The position numbers were made by a program, and so were the translations under genes. A DNA stretch of 64,000 nucleotides from Paragordius varius (Eukaryota; Animalia; Nematomorpha). The stretch spans positions 6,014,001-6,078,000 of the forward strand of contig OZ176051.1 of assembly GCA_964247055.1 (NCBI GenBank), written 5' to 3'. Within the stretch, counting starts at the first letter, position 1. The number at the start of each line of letters is the position of its first letter. Of the stretch, positions 13,501-27,200 are shown one piece after another. The notes beneath the pieces are model-generated. The model searched no databases, was not told the DNA's origin, and saw nothing but the letters and a program-made list of their open reading frames with translations.

Positions 13501-16500
13501 AACCACATTAATATTATATCAAATAGTAGGTTAATAAAAACAAAACTAACTCCTTTTAATAATTAAAATTATAAAACATTTTTTGATTTTCATTTACCCA
13601 CAATTCTTTTTCAGTATATATATATAACCAAAAAAGAAAAGTACAAACTTGAGCAAAAACTTTGGCTTGTTGAATGACGGCATTACATGGGACAGGTATT
13701 CTCGTTTTAAGGCTACTTTGAAGTTCATCAATTATAACGTTACTGGCACGGTAAAGTTGAAGGCCAGCTTGAATTTCTTTATCCCCCAAATTTTTCCAAC
13801 AACCATTTTCACGCCAAAATTCAGAGTCTATGTCAGTTGGTAGGTTTTCATTACTGCAAAATTTTATTTAAATTAATTAAAGTATGATGGATGATAGCCA
13901 GTAAAATACTTAATCGCTGGTCTAATTAATAAATGAATCCTAAACAGTCATAATTAGTCAATTGACATGACCTCTTAAAATCAAAATAACAAATTAAATT
14001 GCTTACAGTAGGATTAGCATATAATAGTTGGAAATTTATACTTTTTATATAGAATTTTTCTCTATCACAGAATGATTAATTTCTATATACCTACGTTTAA
14101 TTTTTTCTATCGTTATTATTCAAACGATACTAAATGATTACATATTAATAACTGGTTAAACCCACACTTAATTAAAATTAATTTAAAAATAAAATCAATT
14201 ACTATATATTTCGTAAAATTTTTCTATCATAAATTTATATAAATTAAGTTACAATTTAATAAAATCTACTTTTGGATTGCATTATTATTGGCTGAGTTAA
14301 TCACAGCATTTTCACCCGTTATACAATTTATTTTTTTCTCCAATTCCTCCTTAAATAATCCATCCCCTTCTGCATAATCTAAAAAAAGAAAATTAATAAA
14401 AATGTAATATATTATTCATAAAATACTCAGGAAAATTAAAAAATTGAAGTAAAAGGAAAAAACTTTGATTAATGGCTGAAAGTAAATCATCCAATGAATG
14501 TAGGACTTGTTTGGCCGCCTTATCCAAATCATTCAATAAATTTTGTTCTTGAGTGATGGCCTAATAAAGGTAAAAATTTAATTAGTTTTTTCATATTAAA
14601 TATATATAAATATAGGTAAAGCTCTTTCCATTTAATTTTCTCAAATAAAAAGTGCTTACATGTAATATTCTTCAAAGTAACTAGTTTTAAAAACAATTTT
14701 GCATCTAACAAACAACAGTAAAAAATATTATTTTTTTATAAAGATGGCCATACTTTTTAAGACCATGATTTTTACATAAACTTTATTTGCAGATTTATAA
14801 TATATAAATAAGGGTTTAACTAATTTATACCTCTAGCGACGAAAAACGATAAGTTTTATACAAGATTAGGAAAGTTTAAAAATTATGGTCCTTTTTTAAA
14901 AAAATTTTTTTATGTTTACTTTTTTCTTTATAATTTATACTGTATAAGTAAAACAAAAAAGAATTTTACTATGTTATGTATATCATAAATATGTTTAAGT
15001 TTTTAAAAAGTCTAATAAAATTATTTTCCGATATTTGTGGTCACTATTTATTAAACTTACTTTTGCGACATGGACCACATTAGTTACAGAATTGGAGACA
15101 GAATCCACGCTATCAGCTGTTTGTTTTCGGCACACATCTTTAGTTATAGTTGGGGCCATAACCTAATTAATAAAATAAATTTATTATAAAAAATATATTA
15201 TTCCTAAAAACAAATCCCTTTAAATTTATAAAACCTTAACACAAGTAATAAGTTCTGAAGTTTTCATAGCGCATTTTGTGGCTGCCGCAACGATTCTATC
15301 CCTTCTAGCAAGGGATAACTTTTCAGCTTTGGGTGAAACTGAATTTGAATGGGATTTATCTGTATCAAGAGAAAAATTATTACACACATTTTATAAATAA
15401 AATTTTATAAAAAAAATTTGTTAATTTCTACTATATAATAAAAAATGGGAATTTTAGCATGAGGACCTAAAACGGAATTTTGACTTTTAATTAAAATGTA
15501 AATTATATTATTAACTGGCTTAAAAATGAGTTTTTTAAATGTAAATACATTATAGAGAATATAATTATATTAATATATATCTATAAGTACCATACTATAT
15601 AACTTAAATCTACAAAACAATAATATAAAAATTATTTTGCATGTAATAATAAACTCTTGGATTAAAGTAAAGATTTTAAGGCAAAATCGTATAAATAGGT
15701 TAACTTTTAAAAATGGGCCCATTAAGTCATAATTTTAAATTATTTGCTTTAACGTTTTTCCTAATCTATTAAATCTAACAAACAAGTACCATCATTATTT
15801 TTATTGAGTAATTTTTCCGATTTTAAAGTCATTGACGCGTCGTCTGAATCTGTAGTTGAAACTATTGAATTTTTTCTCTGATACATTTCCCCTCCACCCT
15901 CCTCCATAACATAATTTGCGATTCGTTTTGCACCCAAAACTAAATGAGCTGCACTATTTGCTACACCCTTGGCTAGACTCATAAGACGCGCCGTTGTAAG
16001 CTGATATTCTGTACTAACATTGTCAATATTTGAATTGTTAAAATCATTATTTTCGGCATTATTGCTGTTGCTGTGTTGTTGTTGAACACCATTCAACAGG
16101 GTTAAAACACGAGCCCCACACTCACCTACCCGGGATAAATGATTGGACATTTCTGTGATTCGACGTTTAGATATGTGGTGATGTGAACGCATACCATTCA
16201 TTGACTAATATATACATATACATATTTGTTTCTGAAAAAGGTAAAAACTAATTTATTGAATGTTTATTAAATAAATTATTATCATATCAATTTATACGAG
16301 ATTATTAAAATTTTGGAGGTAAATGACATTATATCTTTTTATTACATATTAAAATTATGTAATTGAAATATGAATGTTACGAGATGAAAAAATAGAGATT
16401 TGTTAAAATCGATGATAATAATATACTCGTTATTCATATTACAATGATTTTTAAAAATTATTTCATTCGAATTTATATTTTGTTACCTCTAACACATAAA

Positions 16501-18170
16501 ATGTAAATTATTTTTTAAAAGCCATGTTTATTTTTATTTTTTTCTATATAATCTTTATATTTAAAATTTATAAGTTGAGTGAGTCTATAACTTACATCAA
16601 TATCACTTATCAACAAACTCAAAAGATGAGGTTAATAAATTATGGTTGTTGTAAAATTTATTACCTAATCTATATATTTTTTTCTTATATTCATTCGGCT
16701 TTATGGGTGAATTAAAAATGTTAGCCAATCAAAAACTGTATAATATATTCAAACAATTTTATAGTTACTAAAATTTTTATAATAATTATGTAATTTTCTG
16801 GTCATAAAATTAACTCTGAGCTCAATATCATTTTCATTTTGGTCTTCTGTATCGCCTTTGAGACATTCTAGGAGGTTAGTTGTTGCAAGAGCTAATTCTT
16901 TTGCCGCACATAAAAGTTCCAATTTTTTGTCATCGCCCCCATTCATATCATCATTATTTATCATTCCTATAAAGCAATAATTACAATATATATAATATGA
17001 TCTGAAAAAATTTCCGCAAAAATAGATAAAATCAAACCCCCACTATATCCATTTGCACCGTTTTGGGTTTGATTTGCATGGGAATCATTGGTATTAATTT
17101 CGCCCAAAAGTGCTTCCAAAGCTTCGGCGACCTCAGTCACAGCTGAACGTAAAGTATTTTCTCGCATTTCGATGGCCGATGCCGAAGCCCATGCTTCACA
17201 ACTATTTGGCATTTTCGTTTCGTTTCTGATGATAAAAAATAAAAAAAATTTAATTTTCGATCTATTAATAAACTGCAAAACTTAAGTATGGAATATTTAT
17301 TGTAATTAATATTGTGAAAGGATTATATTTGCTGTAAAAATAAAAATCCTTAATATTCCTAAATAAAATCTTCAAAGTATTTACGTGGAATTTGTATCAC
17401 GATCGTTTGAATTAATACTGCCATTTCTTAATTCAATAGTTGTTGAATCACTATTCTCATCCTCTGAGCCATACGCTATTCTACATTCTTCTTCCTGATA
17501 GTAAGTTTCCTGTTCGTGACTAAGTGTCGATAAAATTGAAACAATTTTAGCCGAATTTGCCGTCAATTGGGCCAAACTGTCTTCGACAAAACGTACACGT
17601 CGTTTTTTACTTTTTTGCAGGGAGCTTTGATGCCCATCATCATTCATGACACCATCATGAGATTTTGCTATCAATAAAGAAATGAATTTTAAAGCAAAAA
17701 TGCAAATATGCTTGACGACGAAGAAAATTGTATACTCAATAATTTAAATGATTTTTGTCAAAATAGGGATAATCATTTATTTGAAGCATGCGTTTATTGC
17801 TCTACATTGTGCCTCACTTTAACTAAGCGCGAATTGGCATATTATGATTATGATATTATATAATATTAAAACTTATGTAATTTATATAAAGAGCACGTTG
17901 CCCATCCGAATTTAAAAATTGGATTAATAGTTTTTAAAATTAGGGCCTAAATATTAATATTTCATTTTAAATGAATTAAACCATGATAAATATTTTACGC
18001 AAGATAGAAAATAATAAAATATCAGTGTTTATCAGATTATTTTTATATTTAAAAACTGAAAATCAAATATATTTTCAGGGGTCCCTTATTTATCAAATTT
18101 TACAACATTTTTTGCCTATATAAACAAAAACTATGCACACTCTCACAACGTCTCTGTGGCGCAATCGGTC

Positions 18171-18216
<46 letters not shown>

Positions 18217-21200
18217 AGGGACGATTCTTTTTTTTCTTATAAAATTATATATTATTGCTATTTTAAATTAATGAAAAGAAGCACTAAATTATATTAATTT
18301 TTGTGCAGCTAATTATATTTTTTCATAATTGTCTAAAACACAAAAAGTGTACACCAAATTTCGATATCATATTATAGCTCTATACGGCTTTTGTTACCTA
18401 ACTTCTAATTAATAATGCTCTTTAAAGTAAATGAAAAAGTAGAATGCTTTAGCTAGTACTCATGTATAAAGGGTTTATTTTAAACAAAAAACTTGCAAAA
18501 TACTTAGACCATGAAATAAGATAAATGAATGCGCACACATAACTCACATTTTATTCCAACCTTTATGATCCGATTGTTGTGATCAATAATATCAAATAAA
18601 AATACAGTATGAGTAAGTATTTGCTAGTTATTCATTAATTATTGCCAGATAGCATATTCAGCAAAGATCAATATTATTGGATTATTTTTTTACTTTCAAA
18701 AATAATTCTCTTTGCTGATGCAATCCAACAATATTTAACCAAAAACTAGAAATGTATACTTACTCATAATGTGATTTCATTCTATTAGTCATAAGAAAAA
18801 AAATATCGCATTATTCAAACCTTTATTATCCGATTGTTGTGATGATAGACCTTGAATAGCTTGACCAATCCTTAGAATCCCATGTTCCAGACATTCCCTA
18901 TTGCGGCCATCTTGACTCAGCAGACGAGTCAGGCCAGATGCATGAGCTGGTCCATTCATACGGACACGACCACTTCGAGTTGCCATATCGGGAGCTCTAA
19001 CATTTGCATGCACTCTTAACATGTGTTCATCCGTTCTGCAATAAAAATTTGGAGTAAAAATGTTAGTCAGGTTGTTTAGCGCAAACTTTTTTGTATTACT
19101 GACCGACTGCATTCACACCTAAATTGAAAGCCAATTGGTAATTGGGGTATAGAAAAAAGTAGTTTTAAAACTCTAAATGACTACGAAAATTTCAAATGCT
19201 CTGCTCGGGATGTTTAAATAATAATATCAATAATTCAACAATTAACTCAATTTCCAACCCTTAGAAACAGTAAGCACTTTTTGCTAGCATTATATCAGCG
19301 GTGGTGGAACAGAACATACTATTAAACATCGCATATCACAAATATGGAATAAATACCATAAAAATGACAATAAATTCGTCAAACTACAAACTAAATGTGC
19401 CATTTATACAACCATTCATCCGTCCTTACTTACGGATCCGATCCTGGCCGATGTCAAAAAACGCTAAATCCAAATTACTAAAAACAATATTATTACACAA
19501 TCCATCTGAATTCAACTACTGAATCCATAAACCCGTACCATATACTCAATCTCAACCCCATCAACAACGTAATCAAGAATATCCGGTTACAATGGACTAG
19601 ACATGTTGAGAGACGGGAAGATACCCACATTCTTAAAACTATGAAAAATTACTCGGAACTACCGCGAAATCCGGCCGACCCCATACATGGATCAACACAA
19701 TAACTAAAGACCTCGAATCGCTTAATTTAAATCGAGAATTAGTCAGATCAACAAAATATTGTAAAAAATCAAAGAGTGTACTGTTATTTAATGGCGAATC
19801 CCCATACAAATTATGATGATATATATGAAAATATAATTTTGTTCATAATTAAATAAAACTTAATGTTGTGAGATAGAAAAAATTGCAATATCAACCAGTT
19901 CTTGTTTTATAACCATACGCTACTATATTGCCAAGTGATCAACAATAATCTGAATTAATCAATATTAATGTGCATACTATATATCAGTTAATTATAAAAA
20001 ATTATGTATCGTACTAATAAGTGCTAACAAGCACGAAACTAGTTTCGATTAAACTAGTGTGAAAGGGTTTATACATCTAACGTTTCAGTGATATTTTAAA
20101 TTATAATTTTTAGTTTTATTTTCGCATAAAATAAATTTTTTACAGTTAATTCTCATTAAATTTTCATTTTTATTTTATCAACTATTTGTTAATATATTTT
20201 CATACGCTTTTTGAAGCAAATTCGTTAACAAAATATAATATACCCGTTTATATTATCACTATTTTTGTTGGCACCTTGAAATTTTATGTACGTGGCCCTG
20301 TGAGGTGATATTACCTCCTCCATAAGCGCACTAGATTCATCATCTCGTCCAACCATTAAAGATTCTAAAATGTTATGATAATAAAAATTTATTTTTACAA
20401 TATGAAAAACCAAAAATATATTTAAAAACTGAAAATTTTGATTATCATACAATATATGGGTCATTTTATTATCCAATGTTATTTATATAATATTTAATTC
20501 TTTAAATGGGAATAAACCATCTAATTTTGATATATTATTGATCGTAAAAAATTTGATTTCCTAAAAAATAAGATTGATTGCATTATATTAGTGGCGGTTT
20601 TATCCATATTCTTTTTTCACCAAAACTCGCTTCTTAAAGAACCCTTTGTAATGTGTAAAAATGCCTTTTAACATCCCAAATACCAAATCCAAATAAATTA
20701 CTGGGTAAATTAATGATGGCAATTTCGTTGTAAGGAAAAATTGAAAAAATCAGATTTAATTATATACCCTGTATGCCAAATTCTTCGCCATATCGATTAG
20801 CAAAAGCTTCATCCATATACATAACACCATCGGCTCCAATCTTTTTCCCACCGAGTAATTTGTCTTTATTACGATTTTTGAGTATTATATCAATATACCC
20901 AGCTATGAGACCACTTATTTTTTCCCCTTCAGCCGTTTGTACACTGTAGTAACTATCCTACAAAATTTAGAGTCAAATAAATTTTAATAAGAAAAGTTAA
21001 CAGGTAGTAATATCTTTTATTCGAATATATTTTTGGGCGAGTCTCCTAACATTAGTTTTAGATTTAATAAAATAAAAAATTGTTTACTAAATTTTGTTTA
21101 TGGAAATATAATTTTGATACATTGTATTTCTGGCACTATATAACCTTTCCTTTTTTTATCTTTTTGTAGTTTCTACAAGCAAATTGTGAACTTTTCCATA

Positions 21201-24200
21201 ATCCATTCAAAATTAGCAGGTAATATAAAAAATTCCTTATAATTAAAGATATTATATTCAAAATAATTTTATTCATGAATCAATTAAAAAATTATTGCAA
21301 GTTTAAGGCCATTTTTCGAGAATTCGAAAAATTCAAAGTTAAAAAGACCATATTTTTGATTAAAACTTTAAAAGACCAGAGAAAGCGTATTTTTTATTTA
21401 TGGATCCCGTTTTCTTACATTTTTGATTAAAATTACATTCCAAAAAGCTCTTTTTAATTAAAGATACTATATTGAATATCACGAATCAAAAATTATTGCA
21501 AGTTTAAGGCTATTTTTCGAAAATTCGAAAAGTTCAAAGTAAACAAGACCATATTTTTGAATTAAACACCTAAAAGGCCAAAAAAAGCGTATTTTTATAT
21601 ATTGCCCTATATCATTGATCTTTTTTCTTATATTTTTGACTATAACTACAATCCAAAAAGGTCTTTTTAATTAAAGATATGATATTTAAAATAATTTTCT
21701 TTACGAATCAATTAAACAATTATTGCAAGTTCAAGGCTATTTTTCGAAATTTTGAAAAATATAAAGTAAAAAAGATAAATTTAATTTTTAAAAATAAAAT
21801 AAACTTGATAATCGCCAAAATCCAGCGTAAAGGAATGAGGGGTTGCGCCCCAACGTTTGACACGAGTTAGCGGCCAACTTTTAACGCATTCTTTGGTGTT
21901 TTCATCCAGTTTAAGGACACTTTCTTTCGTAACACCCAACAACCTTGGACGTAATTTATTTTTCCCTTTTACTTTTTCCTATAAACATCATGAAATATAT
22001 TTTATCAATTCAAAAAATAGATTAAAATATACCATAAAAATAGATATATATATATACAGGTAAAAAGAATAAATAAAAGTTAAAGTTTTTCAAAGAAAAA
22101 TAGGCAATTAGTGATAAAGCCCCATATTTTATGAAGACTTTGTAATTAAGTCTTAAAATAAAACCCATTTGTTAAGGTTTTTAGATAAAGGAAATTCATG
22201 GTGTTATTTATCATGACCCTTCCATATTATTTCACAACCGTAATCTAGGTTATGAATAAAAATAAGGTTTTAATATGATAGTAATTATAACAAATATATG
22301 TTTTTTAAGACTTTTACTTTCTATATTTATTCCGTATAATTTCAATAATTAGTGTAAAATATATATAAAAATATTTATAAACGCTGTTGTTAGAGGTTGT
22401 GCAATTTTTCTTTTTTTAATCCAAAACAGAGGTAAAAATTAAAATATATAATGCATAAATGTATAAAATATCATCACATACTTTAACAAGGAAAAAGGTG
22501 ACACCATATGTTTTTAGCCCACGGGCTAATTTAACGTAGTGGACTTTGGTATCAATTTCATTATTCCCTGCCATAAGTCGGTGTTTTTCATAAATGCGTT
22601 TTTCTAGCCCTTTCATTTTACGAAAATCTTTGACAATCAATTCGTTCAAACTTCACATTTATTTGGACAAAAAATAATAAAATTTAATAACAGACAAACA
22701 TTTTGTTCATAAAAACCATAGTTTATAAAATATAAGTTATTTAACCTATAAATTTTTGGGTTGCAAAGGCAGAACTAGAAATATTCGTATTACAATATCA
22801 AATTTACAACAATAATATTTAGGTCACATTGAAAAGAATAAGTATTAGTTATGGGTTTTTTATGAAAAAATTGTCTTTTAGTTTTTTTTATTTTTTGTTT
22901 TTTTTATAATTTTAATTTTCATTATTGTAAAGATGTGTAAGTAAGTTACTCCAAAAATCCTGGTTTATGTTTTGCCGGATTATAATCACCAAATTGAATT
23001 TGGCATTGAATTCCAGCAAATTGACAAGCTTGTTCTAATGTTACAGGATGCGTTCCATCAATAATTGCATCACGACACTATATTATATATTTGTAATAAA
23101 ATTTTAAAAAAATGGAAATTTTTTTATACATTACTAGCGTGAATCTCGTGCTGCTACGCAGCCCGAGGAAGTCCTTCGGACTTCTGGGGGGGGGGGGGTT
23201 CGAAGTTTGGATTTGAATGGTTCTACCGGTTTTCCTGTACCAGATCACAAAGCCAGCATTTTCCATTTTTATAAATATATAGATTACCATCAATAATGTA
23301 TTAATATCCATATATCTTTTAACATGCTATACATATGATAGATACTCCTTACTCAGCAGCTATCATCAAAGAAATGCCTCACTAAAATTTTTGCCTTTTA
23401 ACAGGCATTACGAAAAATCTTTCTCGAATTTTTACAGTCTCATACCTTGGGCAAAAAAATACAATCAAAAAAATATTTTTGTGGACTTTGTTTTTTTTTT
23501 TGAAAAAAATGGCATTTTACGGGGGGAGCGGGTAAAAAGAGGGCCTAAATCAAAAAAGTGACTCGACTATGTTCGGCGCAATCGAAAGTAAGTAAACAAA
23601 AATCATATTTGAAATTGAATGGTCCAACACGTTCTCCAAAAAATTGACTTAACCCATTTTTCACACGGGGTGGGCCCAAACTGGGGACCTAATTCCAAAA
23701 AAGGGCGGAGCTATTGTCGGGGCATTCATTAATGATTAAATTTTTTCGATGTTTGGATTTGATTGGGTTCACCGGTTTTCCGGAAACAGATCACAAAGTT
23801 ATATGAAAAATCAGTTTTTAGCAGGTAGCTCCTTACCCAGCAGCTATCATCAAATAAACGGTAGACTAAAATTTTTGCCTTTTAACAGGGAATACGTGGA
23901 ATCTTTATTGAATTTTTACGGTCTCATACCTAGGGCGAAAAATCGATTTAAAAAATTATTTTTGTGGACTTTGTTTTTTGAAAAAGGTGGCATTTCACGG
24001 GGGGAGCGGGTAAAAAGAGGGCCTAAATCAAAAAAGTGGCTCGGCTATGTTCAGCGCAATCGAAAATAAGTAAACAAAAATCATATTTAAAATTGAATGG
24101 CCCAACACGTTCTCCGGAAAATTGTCTCAAAGACACGATTTTTGTGGACTTCTGTTTTCAAAAAAAACCCGTTTTTCATACGGGGTGGGCCCGAACTGGG

Positions 24201-27200
24201 GGCCTATTTCAAAAAAAGGGCGAAGCTATTGTCGGGGCATTCATTAATGATTATATTTTTTCGATATTTGGATTTGATTGGGTCTACCGGTTTTCCTGTA
24301 CCAGATCACAAAGCCAGCATTTTCCATTTTTATAAATATATAGATGTAATTTTTAGTTTTTTTAAAAAAACAAATGTGAAAATTTAAAAAGATATATTTA
24401 AACTTTTTTCTGTGGGGAATTTGTGATAAAAGCCATTTTTACCCCTCTTTTTATGGCTCGTGACCTTTTTAAATGTAAAAAATTATGCTTTAAAAGTATA
24501 GTGTAATATTTTTATGATCTATGATTACATTTAATATTACTTCGATAAAAAACTGTTTTGTGGGATTTATTTTGTACCAAAAAATCTGTTATATTTTAAT
24601 AAATAATCATAGTAATTAGTGTTTTTCAATTTCTAAATTTAATTACTTTATGCGAAAATATGTGGTCTGTAATTTTTACGAAAAAAATATAGGTTTAACT
24701 GTAATGTATAAATACCTGAACGTACAACAAATTCAATTGAACAGGATCATGGGAATCAATATTTTGATCGGAATAAAAAAATTTCCTTCGTAACAATAAA
24801 ATCTCAAACTCCTCAATCCCTTGTTCTCGTAATGTTTTACAGTGATCCACCCATTTTACTAAAAATGAAAAGAATTAAATTGAATTCAATCATTAAGATT
24901 AAAATAATTAGATTATAATGTAATGTTTAAAGCTAATTATAACGCTTTCACATTAATTAATAATTAATTAGTATTGTTTTATAAGAATTAGATATCGAAA
25001 CAATAGTATGAAATTTTCATATGCAATTAAAGTCTAACAAACAGAATTTGAAAGTATCACATTTATTTATTCAATTTTTAGTTTAAATATTTTAAACCAG
25101 AACACATCTACCAATTTAAAGCCATTAACAATTAAAACTTCACATCAAAAATAAATCTCTAAAATTTGACAATATAATATAATAAGATTAAAACATTTTC
25201 GCATATTTACATCATAATTTTATTCAAAAATTATATATAAAAAATCTAAAAAACCAATTCGTTTTTCTTACTTTCATCATCGGTGTGCAGACGACGTTTC
25301 ATTTCATCCATTTTTTTCTCATTTTTGGTTCGAGTATCTTTCGTTAACGTTCCAGTGTTAAAAGAAGTACCACCCCCCATAAGGTTAGATGCAGAGACGC
25401 CACTTTTACCAAGCGTGGCATATTCAGTATGTGTTCCGGCTGTTAAAGTACCATTTAACATATTACTGGATGATTTAGTTCGACCATATAGACCGCCAGT
25501 TGAATCATTCTAGGTAAATATATTTTAAAAAAAAATATTTTAAACATCCGTTTGTTTTAAAGGGTGTTTTGAATGCAAATCCCCCCCCCCCCCACAAATA
25601 CAACACTCTGCAGTTGTGGGAAAATACATGTATTATTAACCGCTTCCTGACACTTTTAAAAAATCATAATAATAATTTCATTGTATATCATTTTACCCTT
25701 AAACAATTCAAATTCACCCTTGAATAATTTAAATTCACCTTTAAACAAATTAAATGCACTTAAACAATTTAAATTCACCCTCAAATAAAATATATGTTTT
25801 TTAAGATTAAAAAATGATATTATATTTTAAAAAACAAAAATTTTGTTTTAAATTAAAATAATACTGAAAAAATAATAAACTATGCCATAATATTTCATAT
25901 TAATAATGAGTTGTATTAGTTCGAAAACACATAATTTATTTTTAGGGTGAATATGAGTTCAAGGGTGAAATCGAATCGTTCGAAATGAATTTGAATTGTT
26001 CAAGGGTGAATGTGAACTGTAAATGGTATATATCAAATATCTATTACATATATTTTATTAAATTCAAACAATCAAATTTATTTTTTAATGTGTTTTATTC
26101 GCGCGCATAATACCCTAAAACTAGCAATTTTGCAGTGTTATCAACTTGAGTTTTTTGATTATAAAATTAGAACCTTCAAAAAAAGGAAAGATAATGGCAT
26201 ATATAATTAGAAAATGTGTCAAATATGAATGCTTAAAATAAATAAATATATTTGCATTTATTGCTTCAAAATTCTCAAGCATAGTTGAATATAATGGTTT
26301 TAATTCAAAGTAAAACATATCGATTTATAAAAATTATACTGATTTATTTGCAGGGTGACTAAGGGTTCCATATATGGAAAAAGGTTGGCCCGATATGGAC
26401 ACATCGCTAAAGGGTGTAAGAGTTCCAGAAAAATCAGTTTGTCTTACCAACGAATATTCATCACAATTTGCAATACCTATTTGCAAAACAGTTAATATAA
26501 TTATTACATTGGATATTTTAACTTATAAAATGTATCAAATGTATAAATTTTAGCATTTTAAAATTATTTGCGTATAAAAAATTTAAAAATTAAACCGTAA
26601 TTAAAGTTTGTGCTTATTATTTATATACTGCCCTATAGAAAAAATATCGATATTCAAATTAAATGAGTATTTATTTCTTAGTTAGTATTGTATTGTTTAT
26701 AAAGATATAAAGTAGTATTTAATTTCTATATAGTAAATCCGATATATAGTGTTAAGAAAGATAAAGTATGATGTATGTATAATTCACATAAAATATTGAT
26801 TCAATTAAGGTCATAAATTATAAAACCATATAATACAACACTATATAAATTATGCATATAAAAAATAAATTGTATTATTGTTGATAATAATTTAATTTTA
26901 TTTCATAAAAAGGAATAATCTCACCTATTCGATTGCAAATAACAACCATGAGTTGTGAAACTGGTTGACTCTCATCAACAAGCACAGTTTTAATTGATTC
27001 ATCCATCATTCTTATACGGAGTGGTCTAATCTTTTTCTTGTATTCAAGCAGATCCTAACATAGTTTCGTAATATAGAAAATATTTTTTTGTTAAAATAAA
27101 TGAATTTAATAGATGGTTACTCAGATTGTGTTTAGAAAATATATTAATCTCACAAACACAAATAAAAATAAAAGCTGGAAATAATTTTTGGGGACAAATA

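Noticed and set aside
20036-20060. ACTAGTTT-CGATT-AAACTAGT hairpin
   Set aside because: An 8-bp AT-rich stem is expected by chance, and there is no associated element.
23749-24387. Three ~100-aa ORFs on the plus strand
   Set aside because: They lie in the tandem-repeated Helitron interior with different frames per copy and no protein motifs.
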